Shown here one piece after another: positions 59,378 to 64,000 of a stretch of DNA of 64,000 bases (position 1 is its first letter; the number at the start of each line of letters is the position of its first letter). A program made the position numbers and the translations under genes. The DNA is taken from NCBI GenBank assembly GCA_023423695.1, contig JAFAFA010000079.1, positions 60,293 through 124,292 on the forward strand, written 5' to 3'. The stretch comes from Pseudomonadota bacterium (GTDB lineage: Bacteria > Pseudomonadota > Alphaproteobacteria > Azospirillales > Azospirillaceae). The notes under the pieces were generated by a model. The model ran no database searches, was not told where the DNA came from, and worked only from the letters and a program-made list of their open reading frames with translations.

Positions 59378-60226
59378 TCAGTCGGTTGCCGGTGGGTCCA
59401 CCAGCATGACCAGCGTGTAGCCGGATCGCCCGCCCGGACGCAGGGTCACCTGTTCCAACGTCAGCAGACCATCCAGAGGATGCGCGAAGCGGCGCAGCCC
59501 CCCTTCCCGCTCAAGCACGCCATGGTCGTCCCACAGACGGGCGAACAGCGGGCTTTGTTGTCGTAGCCCTTCCACCAGGGCCGACACCGATGGTCCCACG
59601 CCGGGATCGTCCTGGAGGCGTGCGGTGTCGGCCCGAAATTCCGCAAGCAACCGGCGGGCGCGATTTTCCCAGTCCAGGATGAAGGTCCGGGCCGCGGGGT
59701 CGAGGAAGACATAGCGCAGCAGGTTCCGTTCCCGACTATCCTCCCCGGCGCCGAGCCAGCCGCCGAACAGCCGTTGTGCAGCCGGGTTCCAACCGACCGC
59801 GGTCCATAGCCGGTCGAGCAGATAGGCCGGCGCCGTCATCGACGTTAGCGCAGCCAGCAAGGCCGCAGGCGGCTTGTCCGCAGATCCACCCGCCGGTGCA
59901 TTCGGGTCTCGCCTGCGCGTCAATTCGAACAGGTAGGTCCGCTCCGCCGCAGTCAGCTGCAGCGCCTCAGCCAGCCGTGCCAGCGCCGTGGCGGAGACCG
60001 ACACGTCCCGCCCCTGTTCCAGCCATGTGTACCAGGTCGGGCTGATGCCGCAGAGTTGCGCGAGTTCCTCCCGCCGCAGGCCGGGGGTGCGCCGTCTGGC
60101 GGAGCCGCTCTGTATACCGGCCTCCGCCGGGGTCATCCGCTCACGATGACGGCGCAGGAAGGCGCCAAGCAGACGACGGCGGTCGGCGGCTGGATCGGAA
60201 CCGGGTTCGGGGGGCGCGCTCGGCAT
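59378..60226 (-). CDS. XRE/MmyB-family transcriptional regulator
   Basis: LGAFLRRHRER, RRRTPGLRREELAQLCGISPTWYTWLEQGR, PAYLLDRLW, RNLLRYVF. Confidence 0.92.
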   Translation of the reverse strand: MPSAPPEPGSDPAADRRRLLGAFLRRHRERMTPAEAGIQSGSARRRTPGLRREELAQLCGISPTWYTWLEQGRDVSVSATALARLAEALQLTAAERTYLFELTRRRDPNAPAGGSADKPPAALLAALTSMTAPAYLLDRLWTAVGWNPAAQRLFGGWLGAGEDSRERNLLRYVFLDPAARTFILDWENRARRLLAEFRADTARLQDDPGVGPSVSALVEGLRQQSPLFARLWDDHGVLEREGGLRRFAHPLDGLLTLEQVTLRPGGRSGYTLVMLVDPPATD

Positions 60227-60229
60227 GGT

Positions 60230-60256
60230 GGCAGTCCTTATACCAGGATAACTGCC
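60230..60256. promoter_or_regulatory. Putative operator of the MmyB-like regulator
   Basis: GGCAGTCCT-TATACC-AGGA-TA-ACTGCC dyad abutting the regulator start, between divergent genes. Confidence 0.45.
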
Positions 60257-60327
60257 AGCCTTGTACCCGGTTACGGGAGGCGCGACCCTCGCCTCATCAG
60301 CCAATCAGCCAAGCGGGGACCCTCTTC

Positions 60328-61092
60328 ATGACTCAGAGCCATCACACCGTCGTCACCGACAACTACGGCCCGCGGGCCGATGCCTATGTCACCAGTGCCG
60401 TCCATGCCGGTGGTGCCGACCTGGACCAGATCGAAGAAGCCTTGCGTGGCCGATCCGCTGCGCGGGTTCTGGATTTGGGGTGTGGCGGCGGCCATGTCAG
60501 CTATCGCGCCGCTCCCCATGTGGCCGAGGTCGTGGCCGTCGACCTGACGCCGGAGATGCTGGAGGTGGTCGCCCGGACGGCTGCGGAGCGCAGCTTGGCC
60601 AACATCCTCACCCGTCAGGCGGCAGCCGAACAGCTGCCCTTCGAGGACGGCCGCTTCGACGTCGTGCTGTGCCGCTTCACCGCCCATCATTGGTGTGATT
60701 TCGAAGCCGGTCTGCGCGAGGCGCGGCGGGTGCTTTCCCCCGGCGGTATGGCGGTCTTCATCGACTGCGTGGCCCCTGCCGCCGCCATTCTCGACACCCA
60801 TCTGCAGGTGGTGGAGGTGCTGCGCGATCCCTCCCACGTCCGCAACTACACGGCGGCAGAGTGGATGGCCGCGCTGGCCCGGGCGGGCTTCGCCGTCCGT
60901 TCGCTGACGCCGCGGCGCCTGCGGATGGAATTTCCGGTCTGGACCGCCCGAACCCGCACGTCGGACCTCCATGCCCAGGCCATCCGCTCGCTCCAGCGAG
61001 ATGCGTCGGCGGAGGTCCAGAGCCATTTCGACATCACCGCCGACGGCAGTTTCCTGCTCGACACCCTGACGTTTGAAGCCGAGGCAGTTTAG
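60328..61092 (+). CDS. Class I SAM-dependent methyltransferase (YafE/UbiE-like)
   Basis: YVTSAVHAGG, VLDLGCGGGH, LPFEDGRFD, AHHW, LRDPSHVR. Confidence 0.92.
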   Translation: MTQSHHTVVTDNYGPRADAYVTSAVHAGGADLDQIEEALRGRSAARVLDLGCGGGHVSYRAAPHVAEVVAVDLTPEMLEVVARTAAERSLANILTRQAAAEQLPFEDGRFDVVLCRFTAHHWCDFEAGLREARRVLSPGGMAVFIDCVAPAAAILDTHLQVVEVLRDPSHVRNYTAAEWMAALARAGFAVRSLTPRRLRMEFPVWTARTRTSDLHAQAIRSLQRDASAEVQSHFDITADGSFLLDTLTFEAEAV

Positions 61093-62270
61093 CCGGTTGC
61101 GGGGGCGGCCCGTTCCCGCCGGTCGAGCGCTCCGCTCGCCAGCGTCAGGACCAGGCCGCCCAGCACGAACAGGCCGCCGACCCACGGCGTGGCACCAAGG
61201 CCGAGCGGCGACGCCACCACCTGTCCCCCGAAGAATGCGCCTGCGGCAATGCCCAGGTTGAAGGCGGCAATGTTCAGGGCGGATGCCACGTCCACCGCAC
61301 CCGGTGCATGGCGCTGTGCCAGCTGGACGACATAGAGCTGAAGCCCCGGCACGTTGGCGAAGGCCAGGGCGCCCATGCCGGCGAGGGTGACCAGCGCCGG
61401 GATCTTGGCGTCGGCGGTGAAGGTGAAGACGATCAGGACCAGCGCCTGCAAGGCGAACAGCCAGGCGAGTGCCCGCACCGGGCGGCGGTTGGCGAGCCTG
61501 CCGCCGACGACGTTGCCGACGGCGATGGCCGCACCATACAGAACCAGCACAAGGCTGACGGTGGCGCTGGAGAAGCCGGTGATCGTCTCCAGGATCGGCG
61601 CCAGAAAGGTGAAGGCGACGAAGGTGCCGCCATAGCCGAGCGCGGTGATGGCAAAGGCCAGCAGAAGCCGCGGCTTTCCCAGCACTCCGATCTGCACGCC
61701 CAACCCGGCGGCCGGCGGCTGGCTGAGTCGGGCCGGCACCAGCGCCGCCACACCCAGGCCACCGATGACGCCCAGGGCCGAAACCGCCAGGAAGGTCGCG
61801 CGCCAGCCGAAGGTCTGTCCGATCCAGGTGCCCAGCGGCACGCCGGTGACGATGGCGATGGTCAGGCCTGAGAACATCATGGCGATGGCCGAAGCGCGCT
61901 TGTCCTCCGGCACCAGATCGGCCGCGATGGTCGACCCGACGGAGAAGAAGACGCCATGGGCGAAGGCGCTCAGCACCCGTGCCACCAGCAGGGTCTCGTA
62001 GTTCGGGCTGACACCGGCCAGCAGGTTGCCGGCGACGAAGACGCCCATCAGGCCCAGCAGCAGCGGCTTGCGCCGGATCCTGCCGGTCAGGGCGGTCAGG
62101 ACCGGCGCCCCGAAGGTAACACCCAGGGCGTAGACGCTGACCACCATGCCGGCCAGCGGCAGGCTGACGTCCAGATCGCTCGCCACCGTGGGCAGAAGGC
62201 CGACGACGACGAATTCGGTGGTCCCGATCGCATAGGCGCTGATCGCCAGCGCCAGCAGTGCGAGAGGCAT
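61089..62270 (-). CDS. MFS efflux transporter (DHA1, AraJ/YtbD-like)
   Basis: AIGTTEFVVVGLLP, GVPLGTWIG, FGWRATF, SALNIAAFNLG. Confidence 0.92.
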   Translation of the reverse strand: MPLALLALAISAYAIGTTEFVVVGLLPTVASDLDVSLPLAGMVVSVYALGVTFGAPVLTALTGRIRRKPLLLGLMGVFVAGNLLAGVSPNYETLLVARVLSAFAHGVFFSVGSTIAADLVPEDKRASAIAMMFSGLTIAIVTGVPLGTWIGQTFGWRATFLAVSALGVIGGLGVAALVPARLSQPPAAGLGVQIGVLGKPRLLLAFAITALGYGGTFVAFTFLAPILETITGFSSATVSLVLVLYGAAIAVGNVVGGRLANRRPVRALAWLFALQALVLIVFTFTADAKIPALVTLAGMGALAFANVPGLQLYVVQLAQRHAPGAVDVASALNIAAFNLGIAAGAFFGGQVVASPLGLGATPWVGGLFVLGGLVLTLASGALDRRERAAPATG

Positions 62271-62400
62271 TTTCAAGGTCTCCATTCCCTTAAGGACTGT
62301 TCTGGGGGAGACCATGTGCGCCACAAGGTCCTGGACAGGAATGCCTGCCGCATTCCCATGATTTTGTCATCCAATGACAAGGCTGACGAAAGGTGCGCCG

Positions 62401-63303
62401 ATGAGCGATCCTCGCGCCTGGGAAATGCGGGTGTTCCTGCGGGTTGCCGCCCATGGCAGTTTCAGCGCCGCCGGCCGGGATGTCGGCATGACGCCCTCAT
62501 CCACCGCCAAACTGGTCACCCGGCTGGAAGAGCGACTGGGCGTGCGACTGGTGGAGCGGTCGACCCGGAAGCTGCGCCTGACCGCGGAAGGCGAGTTGTA
62601 TCGCGAGCGGGCCGAGTCTCTGCTGGGGGAGATGGACATGCTCGACGCCGAGATCGCCGGCGGAGCGCGCGCTCTGACGGGGCTGATCCGCGTCAACGCC
62701 TCCGTCCCCTTCGGCCAGCATTGCCTGCTGCCGCTGTTGCCCGACTTTCTGAGCGATCATCCCGGCATCACCATGGACGTGACGATGACGGACGAGGTGG
62801 TGGACCTCTATGCCGCGCGGGTGGACGTTGCCTTCCGCGCCGGCCCCTTGAGCGATTCGGCCCTGCTGGCCCAGCGGCTTGGTGTGGTGCGCCGGCGGAT
62901 CGTCGCCTCCCCCGCCTATCTGGAGCGCCGCGGCGTGCCACAGACGGCGGCCGATCTGGAGGCGCATGACTGCCTGGGCTTCAACTTCCGCCGCGCAGCC
63001 GCGGTCTGGCCGCTGAAGTCCGGCGGGCGCCTTGTCGACCGGGAGGTGCCGACACGCATCCTGGCGAACAATGGCGAGACCGTGCGGCACATGGCGCTGC
63101 TCGGCCTGGGGCTGGCGCGGCTGGCCGAATACCATGTGCGCGACGATCTGCGCGATGGGCGGCTGGCGGCGGTGCTGGACGATGTGCTGGTGGACATGGA
63201 GGAAATCCACGCCGTGTACACCGGCCGCGACCGCGCCCCGCGCCGTGTCCGCGCCTTCCTGGACCATATGGCCCCGCGCCTGCGGTCCCGGCTGGCGGAG
63301 TGA
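62401..63303 (+). CDS. LysR-family transcriptional regulator
   Basis: GSFSAAGRDVGMTPS...LEERLGVRLVERSTRKLRLTAEG; divergent from the MFS. Confidence 0.93.
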   Translation: MSDPRAWEMRVFLRVAAHGSFSAAGRDVGMTPSSTAKLVTRLEERLGVRLVERSTRKLRLTAEGELYRERAESLLGEMDMLDAEIAGGARALTGLIRVNASVPFGQHCLLPLLPDFLSDHPGITMDVTMTDEVVDLYAARVDVAFRAGPLSDSALLAQRLGVVRRRIVASPAYLERRGVPQTAADLEAHDCLGFNFRRAAAVWPLKSGGRLVDREVPTRILANNGETVRHMALLGLGLARLAEYHVRDDLRDGRLAAVLDDVLVDMEEIHAVYTGRDRAPRRVRAFLDHMAPRLRSRLAE

Positions 63304-63324
63304 CTTACAAATCGGCCCCAGCCC

Positions 63325-63362
63325 AAAACAACATCGGCCGGATGACGGGCATCCGGCCGATG
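63325..63362 (-). terminator. Intrinsic terminator after ssb
   Basis: CATCGGCCGGATG-N5-CATCCGGCCGATG 13-bp stem with AAAACAA on its left. Confidence 0.75.
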
Positions 63363-63387
63363 AGACGTACCGTTGGGGCGTTCAGCC

Positions 63388-63885
63388 TCAGAACGGGATT
63401 TCGTCGTCGAGATCCTCGTGACGCGGAGGAGCGCCGCCGCCGCTGCGGCCACCCGACGATCCGCCGCCGTAGTTGCCGCCACCGCCGCTGCCGCCGCCAT
63501 AGCCGCCGCTGCTGCCACCGCCACGCGATTCGTAGCCGCCGCCACCGCCGCCAAAGCTGCCGCCACCGCCCTCTTCACGGGCGCCGCCGGTGAAGTCGAT
63601 TTCGGCCACGCGGACCGACAGGCCGGCGCCGCGGGTGCCGTCGCGCTTCTCGTATTCGCGCAGGGTCACCTCGCCCGACACGACGACGCTCTTGCCCTTG
63701 GTCAGGTGCGGAGCGAGCGACTCGGCGCGGCGGCCCCAGATGGAGCAATCGACCCATTGGGTCGTCTTGCGATCGCCGAAGCCGACGTCATTGGCGACGC
63801 GGAAACCCAGCACCTTCTCGCCGCTCTGGGTCGTGCGCAATTCGCCGTCCGCGCCCAGGCGTCCCGTAAACGTCCAAACATTCAT
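63388..63885 (-). CDS. ssb: Single-stranded DNA-binding protein
   Basis: OB fold (TGRLGADGELR...WGRRAE...KGKSVVVSG), Gly-rich linker, C-terminal DDEIPF. Confidence 0.93.
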   Translation of the reverse strand: MNVWTFTGRLGADGELRTTQSGEKVLGFRVANDVGFGDRKTTQWVDCSIWGRRAESLAPHLTKGKSVVVSGEVTLREYEKRDGTRGAGLSVRVAEIDFTGGAREEGGGGSFGGGGGGYESRGGGSSGGYGGGSGGGGNYGGGSSGGRSGGGAPPRHEDLDDEIPF

Positions 63886-64000
63886 CGCTCGTTGCTCCTA
63901 AGCGCGAGTGTCCCAGCATCCATGCCGACCCGTCAGGATGCCCGGCGGAGGCACCCAGATGCCGAGGGTTCCCATTCGCAGGGCCGGCTGTTCAATGGCG

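Noticed and set aside
63430..63575. GCC/ACC-rich low-complexity repeat
   Set aside because: It encodes the Gly-rich SSB linker; not a CRISPR array or independent repeat.
63880..63894. Degenerate LexA box over the ssb start (ATTC-N7-GTTG)
   Set aside because: Two mismatches in eight positions; too weak to call.

Overview
A GC-rich alphaproteobacterial chromosome segment; gene content and synteny suggest Rhodospirillales, Azospirillum-like (inference). It is mostly core genome. In order: a truncated DUF2126-type transglutaminase, two hypothetical or exported proteins, an SDR-LysR pair, an aldose epimerase, a large cytoplasmic Ser/Thr kinase, a cyclophilin, ydbH-ynbE-ydbL followed by a TPR/GT41 glycosyltransferase, lptD, homospermidine synthase and ornithine decarboxylase, mtnD, an MFS transporter, serS-surE-pcm-nlpD, a DUF815 ATPase, yajC-secD-secF-Mth938, sodB, hpnEDC, an NDUFAF6-like gene, trmFO, a small Thr-rich lipoprotein, uvrA (LexA box over its start), a polyphosphate cluster (CYTH-CHAD, sixA, ppk1, ppx), an SDR, DUF2252, cca-Nudix-DUF1285, a MoxR/DUF58/vWA operon, tRNA-Gln(TTG), a four-gene regulator/methyltransferase/MFS islet and an atypical ssb. 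No CRISPR array, integrase, transposase or rRNA was seen. The most notable non-annotated signal is the ~370-nt structured leader of the ornithine decarboxylase gene. It contains an 11-codon uORF with a strong RBS (MYAAHGGAVRR*, ending AGA-CGG-TAG). The uORF's last codons pair with a downstream stem next to a U-run and a C-rich tract, making it a candidate ribosome-mediated attenuator of polyamine synthesis. Product calls come from motif recognition by eye, with no database searches, and several start codons are best guesses.
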